DNA of 64,000 bases from Squalus acanthias. Lineage: Eukaryota. Under the pieces are notes generated by a model. The model did not search any database. It saw only the letters and a program-made list of their open reading frames with translations, and was not told where the DNA came from. This document shows, in pieces, positions 11,830 to 23,984 of this stretch (positions are counted from its first letter, which is position 1; each line of letters begins with the position of its first letter). The stretch lies in the NCBI GenBank assembly GCA_030390025.1, contig CM059432.1, positions 103,108,001 to 103,172,000 of the forward strand, read 5' to 3'. The position numbers were made by a program, and so were the translations under genes.

Positions 11830-14682
11830 ATGGCCACAGTAAATAATAATTCTAATAGGTCTAAGAGCGTTAAAAAAACAAGCCTGAAGGCTTTGTGTCT
11901 TAATGCAAGGAGCATTCGGAATAAGGTGGATGAATTAGCTACGCAAATAGAGGTAAACGAATATGATTTGATTGGGATTACGGAAACATGGCTCCAGGGT
12001 GGCCAAGGCTGGGTACTCAACATCCAGGGGTATTCAATATTCAGGAAAGATAGGCAAAAAGGAAAGGGAGGTGGCGTAGCATTGCTGGTTAAAGAGGGGA
12101 TTTACACAATTGTAAGGAAGGATATTAGCTCTGATGATGTGGAATCTGTAAGGGTAGAACTGAGAAATACCAAGGGGCAGAAAACGTTAGTGGGAGTGGT
12201 ATATAGACCTCCAAACAGTAATGCGGAGGTTGGGGATGGCATTAAAAGGGAAATTAGAGAAGCGTGCAATAAGGGCACAGCAGTCATCATGGGTGACTTT
12301 AATCTACATATAGATTGGGCTAACCAAATTAGTAACAATACTGTGGAGGAGGAATTCCTGGAGTGTTTACGGGATGGTTTCCTGGACCAATATGTCGAGG
12401 AACCAACCAGAGAGCAGGCCATCTTAGACTGGGTATTATGTAATGAGAACGGATTAATTAGCAATCTTGTTGTGTGAGGTCCCTTGGGTCGGAGCAATCA
12501 TAATATGATAGAATTCTTCATTAAGATGGAGAGTGAAGTAGTTGACTCAGAGACTAGGGTCCTGAATTTAAATAAAGGAAACTACGATGGTATAAGGTGC
12601 GAGTTGGGTAGGATTGATTGGGGAATGTCACTCAAAGGGTTGACGGTGGATAGGCAATGGCAAACATTCAAAGACCGCATGGATGAACTACAGAATTTGT
12701 TCATCCCAGTTTGGCATAAGAATAAAACAAAAAAGGTGACTCAACCGTGGCTAACAAGGGAAATTAGGGATAGCACAAGATCCAAGGAGAGGGCTTATAA
12801 ATTGGCCAGAAAAAGCAGTAAACCTGAGGATTGGGAGCAGTTTAGGATTCAACAAAGGAGGACAAAGGGATTAATTAAGAAGGGAAAAATAGAATATGAG
12901 AGGAAGCTTACAGGGAACATAAAAACTGACTGTAAAAGCTTTTATAGTTATGTGAAGAGAAAAAGATTGGTGAAGTCAAGCGTAAGTCCCTTGCAGTCAT
13001 ATTCAGGGGAACTTATAATGGGGAACAAAGAAATGGCTGACCAATTAAATACATATTTTGGTTCTGTCTTCACAAAGGAAGACACAAATAACCTCCCAGA
13101 GATGTCGGGGAACATAGGGTCTGATGAAAGGGAGGAACTGAAAGAAATCAGTATTTGTAGGGAAATGGTGATAGGGAAATTGACGGGATTGAAGGCCGAT
13201 AAATCCCCAGGGCCTGATAATCTACATCCTAGGGTACTTAAGGAAGTGGCCCTAGAAATAGTAGATGCATTGCTGATCATCTTCCAACATTCGATGGAAT
13301 CTGGAACAATACCCATGGATTGGAGGGTAGCTAATGTTACCCCACTATTCAAAAAAGGTGGTAGAGAGAAAACGGGGAATTATAGCCTGACATCGGTAGT
13401 GGGGAAAATGCTAGAGTCCATTATAAAAGATGTAATAGCAGAGCACTTGGAAAACAGTGACAGGATCGGACAAAGTCAACATGGATTTACAAAAGGTAAA
13501 TCGTGCTTGACTAATCTACTGGAATTTTTTGAGGATGTAACTGGTAAAATAGATAAGGGAGAACCAGTGGATGTGGTGTATTTGGACTTTCAAAAGGCTT
13601 TCGATAAGGTCCCGCATAAGAGATTAGCTTGTAAAGTTAAGACACATGGGATTGGGGGCAAGGTATTGACTTGGATAGAGAACTGGTTGGCAGACAGAAA
13701 GCAAAGAGTTGGAATAAACGGGTCTTTTTCCGAGTGGCAGGCAGTGACTAGTGGGGAACCGCAGGGATCGGTCCTTGGACCCCAGCTATTCACAATATGT
13801 ATTAATGATCTAGACAAGGGAACTAGATGTAATATCTCCAAGTTTGCAGAGGACACAAAGCTGCGTGGGCGTGTTTGCTGTGAGGAGGATGCCGAGAAAC
13901 TCCAGGATGATTTGGACAGGTTGGGTGATTGGGCAGAAGCATGGCAGATGCAATATAACGTGGATAAATGCGAGGTTATCCACTTTGGTGTCAAAAACAG
14001 GAAGGCAGATTATTATCTGAATGGCAATAGATTGGGAGAAGGGGAAGTGCAACGAGACCTGGGTGGCCTTGTGCACCAGTCGCTGAAGGTAAGCATGCAG
14101 GTGCAGCAGGCGGTTAAGAAGGCAAATGGTATGTTGGCCTTCGTAGCGAGAGGGTTTGAGTACAGGAACAAGGATGTCTTGCTGCAGTTGTACAGGGCCT
14201 TGGTGAGACCACATCTTGAGTATTGTGTGCAGTTTTGGTCGCCTTATCTGAGGAAGGATGTTCTTGCCATGGAAGGAGTTCAGCGAAGATTCACCAGGCT
14301 GATACCTGGGATGGCAGGAATGACGTATGAGGAGAGATTGGGTCGATTGGGCTTATACTCGCTGGAGTTTAGAAGAATGAGAGGGGATCTCATTGAAACT
14401 GATAAAATTCTGAAAGGACTGGACAGACTAGATGCAGGAAGGATGTTCCCGATGGTCGGGGAGTCCAGAACCAGGGGTCACAGTTTAAGGATAAGGGGTA
14501 AGCCATTTAGGACAGAAATGAGGAGGAATTTCTTCACCCAGCGAGTGGTGAACCTGTGGAATTCTCTTCCACAGAAGGCAGTAGAGGCCAATTCATTAAA
14601 TATATTCAAGAAGGAGATGGATATATTTCTTAAGGCTAAAGGGATCAAGGGATATGGGGAGAAAGCAGGGACAGGGTTCTGA
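11830..14682 (+). pseudogene. CR1 ORF2 (APE endonuclease + reverse transcriptase), inactivated
   Basis: Motifs LNARSI, ITETW, GDFN, YLDFQKAFDKV and PQGSVLGP. There is an in-frame TGA at 12475-12477, and the catalytic FADD is mutated to FAED. Confidence 0.95.
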
Positions 14683-15789
14683 ATTTGGATGATCAGCCAT
14701 GATCGCATTGAATGGTGGAGCAGGCTAGAGGGGCCGAATGGCCTACTACTGCTCCTATCTTCTATGTTTCTATGAATTTGTGCTCTGATAATTTCCAATC
14801 CGCAATTTATTTTTATTTGCTATTATTATTGTTTGTTTTATGCATGGCCACAAATTTGCACTTTTTAAAAACTTGTATACTTTATTTGATAGCCAGCAAT
14901 TTGTTGGCTACCGTTGAATCTATATCATTATAGTTTATTGCATTTTAGCTCATTTGGGGGGATTTTTATATACCACTGCAAAAAAAATCATGTATAAATA
15001 GCAAGAAAGAACTTCTGTTACTGATTTGAGGACTGTTGTGCTAACCATTTCTCTTATAGTGAGATTAGGTCATCATTAAAGTATGTAGGTTACCCGTGTT
15101 TGTATTTCGACTTATTTGAGGTAGGACGCGGTGCACATAATGCTTTTAAATTAATATGCATTGATATCACTAATAACTTGTAAAATCATAATCATGCTTA
15201 CTTATTTAACACAGCAGATGTGACTTCTAGTACGCCGAGCATCCCTAATACCCTGTCTTGGGGGTGTTGGTGTAAGTTGTTGGTTTTGTATCGGGCAGCC
15301 TCTGCCTATTTGAGGAATGGGTTGTGTCAGGAATAGAAATTCCAGCACCCTGCAGGAGTGGTGAAAACGACATCAATGCTCATCTACAGTTTATACATCA
15401 ATTTAAGTGAGCAATTCCTAGGTGCAGTTCAGCACAACAGGTGAGTTGCAGGTCATTACAAACTTAACGTTGACACCTACGGGAGGCATTTTTGAGTTTA
15501 AACATTTTTAGTCCTGTTTTCAGAATTTGAATTTGCAATAGCGCGTTAAGTATAAGCTTTTAATTTCAGAAACTGTCACCCATTAATCATTCAGTGATGT
15601 ATCAATGTGGGCCGTTTTCCGATAATACTTCATTTCAACTCCCTAATTTCATTCAATGATGTATGCAGCTACAGAGATCTCTCCCTATTAGTCAAACTAG
15701 AGTATTTTTTCTTGCTGTGCAATCCTTTGAATGAAGGAAGCAAGCTGGGCCAAAATATCCCTCCATCCTTTAACAACTTTAGATGTTAG

Positions 15790-16730
15790 GTGTAAGGCCT
15801 GCCCTGCTCAGTAAGCACTTTCACATTATCTTGCAGAACCCCTGGAAAGTCTCTATGGACCCCAGTTTCAGAACCACCACACCTTGTGGCAGCATGGCTC
15901 TCATTGTAGACCTGCTGTGCATGTGTGCGTGGGTTCTGGACCGGAGTCATGAGCCATGTCATGAGTGAATAATGCTTGTCGGCCAGTAGCCTGCCTTTGA
16001 CTTGCCGCGGTGGGTCAAATACAGGCGGCACAGAGGACTGGCACAGAATGAAGGAATCATGATGACTGCCAGGATAACCGGCATTCACCTACATGATGCG
16101 CTGCCTGTGGTCGGAAACCAGCTGCACATGGAGGGAGTGGAATCCCTTTTGGTTCATGAAAATCACTGAGTTCAGATGAGGCGCTGCAAGGCAATGTGTA
16201 TGCAGTCAATGGCACCATACACGATGGGGAAGCCTGCAATCCATGCAAACCCTTGTGCTCGCTCCGCCTGCTTGTCTCTGGCAAGAGGGAATCAGATGAA
16301 GCTGTCTCTCTTTGTATCGAGAGCCTCAGTGACCTCCTTTATGCAACAGTATACTGCAAACTGCGAGATGTTGCTGATATCTCCAACACCAGCCTGGAAG
16401 GAGCCAGATGCATTGAAGTTAAGAGCCATGTTTACCTTGACAGCCACAGGTAATGCTGTCCTTGCCCTACGTTGAGGTTGCAGTTGTGGCTGCAGCAGTT
16501 GGCAGATTTCAGTGACAACCTCCTTAGTGAAGCACAGATGTCTCAAGCATTGGTCCTCACTGAAGTTGAAGTAAGACAATTGCTCCCTAAAGACACTGGA
16601 CGGATATGGCCTCCTGCTGAGCGCCTCTCCTCCTCCTCCCTCTTCTAGCAGCTTGTCCTGCTCTGCGTGGCCTCTCTTCATTCTCCCAGTCATGCTCAAT
16701 TCCAAGAGGAAGGCCTACCAGGCCACCCAT
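15790..16730 (-). pseudogene. Harbinger transposase remnant
   Basis: Motifs RRPYPSSVFREQ, TALPVAVKV, ASGSFQ, YPGSHHDSFIL and LLADKHY, with frameshifts. Confidence 0.88.
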
Positions 16731-17287
16731 GTCTGGAAGAAACTTGTTTCAGGACAAGCTTTTAAATGAACTAAAAAGTACTTCAGCACCAGCCAGACCA
16801 CTCCCTGTACACTATTGAAGCTTTAGGCAAGTATAAGAAAGCTCCAGAAACACCTATTATTGCACCAGCAGCCAAAAATAATCCAGCAACTAACCTGTAA
16901 GTAGTTCACGATCCCTTTAAGTAGCGCCGGTGGGGGGTCCTTCATGCTCTTTAACATTGTGTTCAGCTGTGCGAGGTTAAGACAGGGCATAGGCTAGAGC
17001 GTGGTGTTCGAAAATGGCAGCGCTGGCATCAAATCAGCATTGCACACTCATTGATGTCATAATCCACCTGCTGCCGGTGGTCATTACGTGAGTGCGCGCA
17101 AACCCTTTTACCAAGATGATGTCTGGCGCATTTCCCGTCGGAAGTGTGCACGTGCATCTTAGGTAACCTTTTGCAGCATTAGGAGGCTGTGTAGCACCTA
17201 AAAAATGGGTGCTACAGAGCCCAATTTCTCCCCCAATCTATTTCTTTCATCACTTTATAAACCTCGATCCGCTCTCTCTAAATCTGG

Positions 17288-18125
17288 GGGCTGGATTTTG
17301 CCAATGGGGAGCTTTTGGAGGCGGGACTCCCACTTGTCAGGTTTCAGTCCCGCCTCCATCAACTTCTGGCCAACCCAGGCTATTTTCCCTTGATTGACCT
17401 TGTTACGCCCACCCAGCGGGTTTAGCATGCCAATTAAGGGAAAGCCGGTTACCGAGAATTTCAGCGTATGATGTTTCATCTGTCAAAAATTTTTGACAGA
17501 TGAATTTTCATCGTTTGACAGCTCTGTGAAGCTGTCAAACACTGACATTCTCTGTAGTTTGATGAGTTCTTGAATTCAAGACTCATCAAACCTCTTTATT
17601 TAGCAGAAATTGATGGTTGCTGCATTGGAGAATGCAGCGGCCATCTGTCATCTCTGCCGCGGAGGTGCGAGACTCTCCGCATTCCTGAAGCCTGCAGGAA
17701 GAAACAAAGGTAAGTAAACTTTTACTAACACTTTCCACTTACCTCACATACTCACCACTCCACACTTGCACCCATCACTTACCTTCACAGCGCACTTTTG
17801 CCCCCCTCCGACCCCCGCAGACCCACTACTCGCCTCGGTGACCTTGGCAGGGTTCGGAGCCTTCGGGAATTCCGCACTTGTGTGGGCAAAATGGGGATAA
17901 TCCTCTTATCTGCCTGTTAACTACCTGTTAACAGGCAGATAAGTGGCACTAATTCCCTTCCTGCCTCCAAGGAGATGGGACACGGCGCAGGTCAGCAACC
18001 CGCCTCCTGGCAAGATGGCACGGAGGCGGGTTGGGGGCGGGTTGGGCACCTACCCCCAGATTCTGCCATTTTCCTGGCAGTCCCGCCTCCATACCCGCCT
18101 CCCCAGGGCTGGCAAGATCGTGCCC
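17288..18125 (+). mobile_element. Non-autonomous TIR element (MITE) with internal hairpin array
   Basis: TIR GGGCTGGATTTTGCC / GGCAAGATCGTGCCC. Homologous copies lie at 32850-33610 and 47074-50148. Confidence 0.8.
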
Positions 18126-18837
18126 TATGCTTCTCTAAGGTTTAGATTCCCAGCTCTTCTAGCCTATCTTGATAACTGAGGTGCTTTAAACTGGGAATTA
18201 GTCTTGTGGCCCTCCTCTGTACTCTTTCCAAAGCCTCAATATCACCCATCATGTGAAGAGGCCAAAATTGGTCACAGTATTCTAACTGAGGCCTAACCAA
18301 GGCCTTGTAGACCGACAAAATAGAATGCTTTGGGGGAGAAATTCGGTTGCTTTGCGTCTCCCATTAGCGCCCTAAGAGGGCGCTAATGGGGGGCGCAAAG
18401 CAACTAGCGCCCGGGCGCGACGATGTTTGCGCCGCCCGCGAAATTGACCAGAATTTTTGCGGCGGCGCAAAGCTCTACCGCCCCGATCTCCTGCGCCCGC
18501 AGATCGTGATGTCAGTCGAACGTGCGCCGGACCGGATATTGAGTGGCGCCCCCCTCCTTTCCGCCTGCTGCAAGCAATGACAGGGAGACTGGAATGTTTT
18601 CCAGTCGGTGAGGGACTGGGCGGGGGCGCTATTTAAAGGTGCCCTCTTCCTGCCTTTTTTTGTGGGAGACATTTTTGCACCACTCATTCTGACAGAGAGA
18701 GAGAGAGAGATTCTGAGAGAGAAAGAGAGAGAGACCTCTGCATAGAGTCAACGCTGTGTGAAGTAGCTCTGGCTACTGAGCATCACTTGGCAGGTTCTTT
18801 TGGATTTGACCTTCATTACTTCGATTGTCAAGAGACT

Positions 18838-19982
18838 TTGGGGGCTGCACTGATTCGGGGCGTCGTCCTGCGCCTGCAGAATCAGAGGCAACAGAGATGC
18901 AGAGAGAGAGTGGCAATCATGGCCAGAGGGAGGAGGGCCAACAGGCCTCTGCACAGGAGACCTTACCCTCCCAGGATATTCCAGGAGCAATTCTCCTACA
19001 TTCATTTGTCTGAGGAGCAGTGTTTGCGCAGGCTGCGCTTCAGCAAGGAGGTGGTCACTGAGCTCTGCCAGCTGCTGCAACCAGATCTGCAGCCTCAAGT
19101 GAGGACCAGGACGTCTCTGTCGGTGGCAGTGAAGGTGACGGTGGCTCTGAATTTTTATGCCCCAGCTCCTTTCAAGCAGCTACTGGGGACATCGCCAATA
19201 TCTCCCAGTTCGCTGTCCATTGCTGTATCCGGCAGGTCACAAATGCTCTGTATAAAAGGAGACACCAGTACATCCCTTTCCCGATGATCCGGGCCAAACA
19301 GCATGAACGCGCATTGGGCTTTGCGAGGATAGCGGGCTTCCCCATGGTGCAGGGCGCCATTGACTGCACGCATGTGGCATTGCGGGCACCGCAGGAGAAT
19401 GCAGAGGTTTTCCGAAACCGCAAGGGGTTCCACTCCTTAAACGTCCAGTTGGTCTGTGACCACAGACAGCTGATACTCGCTGTCAATGCCCGCTATCCTG
19501 GCAGCAGCCACGATGCATTCATCCTGCGCCAGACTGGTGTGCCAGAACTTTTCCAGGCACCACATCAGCCAAGTGGTTGGCTCCTCGGGGACAAGGGTTA
19601 TCCACTGTGCACCTGGCTGATGACACCGCTCCGTAACCCCAACACCCCTGCTGAGCTGCGGTACAATGAGAGCCATATCGCCACCAGGAACATCGTTGAG
19701 CAGATGATCGGCGTGCTCAAGCAACGGTTCCGCTGTCTGGACCACTCAGGAGGAGCCCTGCAGTACTCACCTGAGCAAGTCTCCCTCTTCATAGTTGTGT
19801 GCTGTATTCTTCATAACCTTGCAATCCTCAGGATCCAGCCAATGCCACCAGGCCTTGGAGCACTACTGGAGGAGGAGGAAGAGGAGGAGGAAGATCAGCA
19901 GCAGCACCAAGGCGGGAGGAAGGCCCACAATGTTGAAACTGCAAGGGCCGTCTGTCAAAGACTGATAACAAGCCGCTTCTAG
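18838..19982 (+). pseudogene. Harbinger DDE transposase with a single apparent 1-bp frameshift near 19160
   Basis: ORFs 18787-19287 and 19284-19982 join if one base is restored at NFYA-(S)SSFQ. GAIDCTH, HDAFIL, GDKGY and VEQMIGVLKQRF are intact. Confidence 0.9.
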
Positions 19983-20291
19983 GCCCCTACTCAGGAAATG
20001 GCTTCTGGCATGGAGAACAACATGATGGAAAGCAACCCGCAACCCCAAAGCCGGCCAAGGCAGCAATGATTCCAAAGGCCAAACGTACATTTTCAATGCA
20101 AAAACTTTTTTATTTTACAAACTCTGTGTGTGTCATTTCTTCATGACAAACTAATAGAAACAAACACAAAAAATCATTAATTAACATAACTGGTTCTCAC
20201 AACCTGGAGATAATGGCCAAAACACTAAACAAAAGTTTGAACACGAACCTCGGCCTTTAATAAAAACATTCCCAACATTTGGTCACACCTC

Positions 20292-22164
20292 CTACTTTTT
20301 GCCCTTCGAGGGTGATCTCCTTCCCTTGCACAAATTCCCCCTTGCCCACCCTACTGCCATCTGTAATAGGGCCCCAGTGGCTGCAGCAAGGCTGGTGGAA
20401 GGCTGCTGAATGTCAGATCCTGAGACTGCAGATGCCCTTGAAGGATGCCCTCTACCAGCTCTGGGCCTGGAGGGCCCGGCTGCAGACTGCACCAACTCTG
20501 CATGGGCGACAGCAGTCTGAGCTACAGCCGGTGGCAAGTGCAATGGGGAAGTGACAGTGGTGGCAGCAGGAATGCTGTCATCGTGAGAGAGGACAGCACC
20601 TCCCTGCTCGACCGACACACTGGCACTCCCACGGGGCAGCACCTCAGCATCCGGAGCAATCTGCTGGAGCACAGATTGCTGGCCTGCTGCGGCGCAGTGA
20701 GAGCCCCGGGGAAATGTGTCCGAACCAGCGACGATAGCAGCAGTCAATACTTGTGTGGCCTCAATCTGAGTCTGCATGAGACCAGTCTGAGATTGGATCA
20801 CGGCAGCCAGTGACTGAATTGCAGCACTAAGCATTTGAGTGGCATCCGCCTGTGCTGCAGCGTAGTGCTCCACACTCCTTGCCAGTCCATCAATGCATTC
20901 GGGCACACTTCCCACTGCACCCATGAGCTGAGTGTGCATGTCCACCGCCTGGGTGTTCATTTCAGCGATGAGCCGCTCCTCCTCTGCGTCCAATGCAGCA
21001 GGACTCGCTGGCCTACTCTCCCTCCGGGGAGAAGGCCCCCGAGCTTCCCTACCCCCATCGCGTTGCTGCAGCCCGCTGGGTCCCGGAGCTTCACCCTCAT
21101 CAGACCCTTCCCCCCTGCACCCTTCCAGGGAAGACATGGTCCCAGTGTGGGCATGGGCTGCCTCGGGAGAGGGTGGCACTGATGCTCCTGCTTCCTCTTC
21201 CTCCTCGCCTGCAGCTTCACTCCCACTGGCAGCTTGAGGGCCCGTCTCCTCAGCTGGTGAGTCACCATCTGAAAGCAGGGAGGTACAAGAGTGGCTTTAG
21301 CGTGAGGACAGGGGGGCAGTAAGGGAGGTAGGAGTGGAGCGATTTAGTAAGTTGATTGAAAGTGTCAAAGGCTGATGTTGTGAGGGACAAGTGGAATTAA
21401 AGAGGAGAGAAAGCTGATGACCTTACCATTGCTGTCCCGAATGGGGTCGACCTCTCCAGGGGCGACGGGACCGATCACCTGGCTTTCTACAATCCTGTGG
21501 ATGCGCGCCTCAAGATCGCTGAGGGGTTGCAGCTGAGGCAGCCCTCCACCTGTCCATTGCTGCTGTCTCCTGTTGTGAGATAGCTTGGCCTGCAAGAAAA
21601 AGGACGGCGTCTGAGTAAATATACAGCCATGGTCTTGCCTGATGTGCCTCCCATAGTTGAATAGCCCTTACTGTATGCAGCCATGGTCTTGCCTGATGTG
21701 CCTCCCATGGTTGAATAGCCTTTACTGTATGCAGCCATGGTCTTGCCTAATGTGCCTCCCATAGTTGAATAGCCCTTACTGTATGCAAGGTGTGGAACGT
21801 GCGTTTGTGTTTTATGAGAGAGCTATAGGCCTTGGATGAGTGTTGGGCATTGGGGTTTTAAGACCCTCTGGCCATAGAGTGAGGTTGAGATGGAGGGATG
21901 GAGAGGTATTGAAAAACAGCCACAGACCCTGACAACCCGAGTGAGGTCACTGAACTTTTTGCGACATTGTATATGGGTCCTGGGCACCATGCTCTTGGAG
22001 GAGACGCGCTGAGCCACCTCCCTCCACACTCTTCTGTAGTCACGTGGCAAAGGCCTCCTGCCACTCTCAGGGTAGAGTATAACTCTTCTGCGCTCCACCG
22101 CGCCAACCAGAGCCTCCAAGGCCCAGTCGCTGAAGCGCTGAGCTCGTTCCCTGACTCGCTCCAT
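20292..22164 (-). CDS. Harbinger Myb/SANT(MADF)-like DNA-binding protein; exons 22164-21928, 21589-21427, 21268-20292 (458 aa)
   Basis: GT-AG introns have compatible phases (0, then 1). Exon 1 reads RFSDWALEALV...WREVAQRVSS...RTHIQCRKKFSDL, and the spliced frame is open to the stop at 20292. Confidence 0.82.
21626..21787. repeat. 54-bp tandem repeat x3 in Myb gene intron 1
   Basis: The unit GCCATGGTCTTGCCTGATGTGCCTCCCATAGTTGAATAGCCCTTACTGTATGCA occurs three times. Confidence 0.95.
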
Positions 22165-23537
22165 AGTCCTTGGCTGGAAAATTTAGGCACAGGTCTCTCC
22201 AGGCCGAGATTCAAGGCTGCAATGAGCAGGGTGTGGCTGGAGAGCAAGATCAACCCTCCCCTTTAAGAACTGGCCGGCGCCAGTGTGTCTGTGTTCCATT
22301 GCTGACTGACATCACCTGCGCTGCGCCCGCGCTCTGAGTTAGCGCCTCGCTCCTCGGCCTTTGCACCTTAAGACAGGTGTGCAGCGCCTGATTTAGCGCT
22401 CCAATCACCTCCAGGGGCGATGAAAGCCAAGTTTGCAGTCGGAGGCGATAATTAGCACCAGGCGCAAAACTTTGCGCCCGGCCAATAATTGCGCCCCAAA
22501 CGGGGCGATACTGAATTTCTTCCCCTTTGTCTTTTAGTCAATTGACCTATAAATGCACCTCAACATCCTATCGCTCTAGCTATCGCTTCATGGCATTGCT
22601 CATGAACCTTTAGAGATCTATGCACTAGAACGCCCAGATCTCTTTCTTTCTCCACCTACTTTAATGCTTTCCCGGGAAGGGTATAAATGGTAGTAAAATG
22701 ACTAAAGATATTTCAAAGAGCTGTCATTGCCTGTCAAATAAATTAAAACATTTTAGTCCTTTCATTTTTTTTATTTTGGGATCATTGCAGTCGTCAAAGG
22801 GATGCAGAAAAGTTTTCTTTTAGAAAATTCTACTTGCTCTTAACAAGAATTGACTTTTACATTTCCAATTCTTTGAATTGCCATGCAGAGGATTCTTAAG
22901 TGATGATGTAGATTATCTAAATTATTTATTAACGCTAGTCCCATTAGCAACTCAAGTGCTCCTTGTGAAATATAGGAGGAACTCTGGCACCTGTAATTTG
23001 CTATTTGCTACTAGGTTTCTCACTGGCCTCTGTGAATCTTGTATCTTGCTATTATAATCAGTCACTTGTTCCATCACTCACAAATATCCATTGTCCAGTG
23101 TATTTCATCCTCTGTACAACATATGAGCCTATCACTTAAATCAATTGAGACAATTCTATAGCAGTCAGACAGCACTCACAGAGCTTTGAAAATGTTAAAA
23201 TCTGTCACAGGATAGCACTGGGTTCTGGAGAGAAGAGCCACAGACTCCCCACAGAGTCAGTGCTGCTTACATGCTCATTCCCAGTTGTTTCCACCTGTTT
23301 ATTTTATTTTATCATGTTAGTGCTACATGGGTGGAAAAAGAGATGGGCGTACAAGGGGGAAGGACTGCACTTGAACAAAACTGGCACCAATATCCTGGCA
23401 TCATGAATAGTTAGTTACAGCTGTGGGCGTGCGTTTAAACTAATAAGCTCAAGGGACTGGAATGGTAAGACTTAACTTAGAAATGTTGGGAAGGGTTTAA
23501 GGATAAGTATAGTGAAGGGGCAAAACATTACACAGGT

Positions 23538-23870
23538 ACATAGAAATGTACAGGACTGGAATGATCATTATGGTCCATTTGGCTGGTCCCAATGTTTTGG
23601 AAATATCTCTCAATACTTCTATCAAGTTTTCTACAGATATGTATGTAACTCTTTCTTGAATTTGCTGCTACAATCAGCCTCCACTGCCTTCCCTTGAAAG
23701 TCCATCCTACATATTCACCACCTTTTGCGCAAAGTAATTAAACCTAAACTGTCTTTGAACCCTCCATCTTCTACGTTTAAGGCTTGAATCCATGACCTAC
23801 ATTCTTCGTTGTAGAATCTGGGACTATGTGAAATATTCTTATGTTTTTCTTGTCTATATCCTTTATAAAT
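23538..23870 (-). mobile_element. Old CR1-like 3' fragment
   Basis: A degenerate CR1 ORF2 C-terminus and 3' UTR pattern on the minus strand. Confidence 0.5.
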
Positions 23871-23984
23871 AGTAAGCTCAAGGCAGAGGTATAGAGGGTT
23901 GTACCCTAGGGCAAATAGGAGAGAGGTTAAGAAGGATATTGAAGGAGAGAATAAGAAAAAAATAGAAGGGTAAGAGAAACCATA

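Larger units (their letters stand above)
10346..14774 (+). mobile_element. Near full-length CR1 LINE
   Basis: Contains a 5' UTR with a 77-bp tandem duplication, ORF1, ORF2 (EN+RT), a 3' UTR and a (TTCTATGT)n-type tail. Confidence 0.95.
10093..17234. mobile_element. Harbinger element interrupted by a full-length CR1
   Basis: TIRs AGTGGAGAAATTGG / CCAATTTCTCCCCC, a 3-bp TSD AAT on both sides, and a transposase remnant inside. Confidence 0.75.
18332..22525. mobile_element. Near-intact autonomous-type Harbinger/PIF transposon (4.2 kb)
   Basis: TIRs GGGGGAGAAATTC / GAATTTCTTCCCC, TSD TTT, and convergent transposase and Myb/SANT genes. Confidence 0.93.
9610..22690 (-). mobile_element. Old CR1 LINE 3' region split into four pieces (9610-10092, 17238-17285, 18126-18331, 22529-22690) by later insertions
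   Basis: Joining the pieces restores CR1 ORF2 C-terminal peptides, e.g. IEVYKVMKEIDCVLVESLF across the 10092/17238 junction and YKALVRPQLEYCDQFW. Confidence 0.75.

Noticed and set aside
12948..14214. Recurrent 134-aa antisense ORFs in CR1 copies
   Set aside because: These are shadow ORFs of ORF2, and their recurrence reflects copy similarity.
17557..17591. TGATGAG hairpin as a hammerhead
   Set aside because: It is a simple palindrome with no GAAA core or three-way junction.
18787..19982. Domesticated HARBI1 host gene
   Set aside because: It is flanked by TIRs and a TSD, paired with a Myb gene and frameshifted, so it is a transposon copy.
21626..21787. Hammerhead-like CTGATG...GAA in the 54-bp repeat
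   Set aside because: It lacks CUGANGA and GAAA, and has no stem II.
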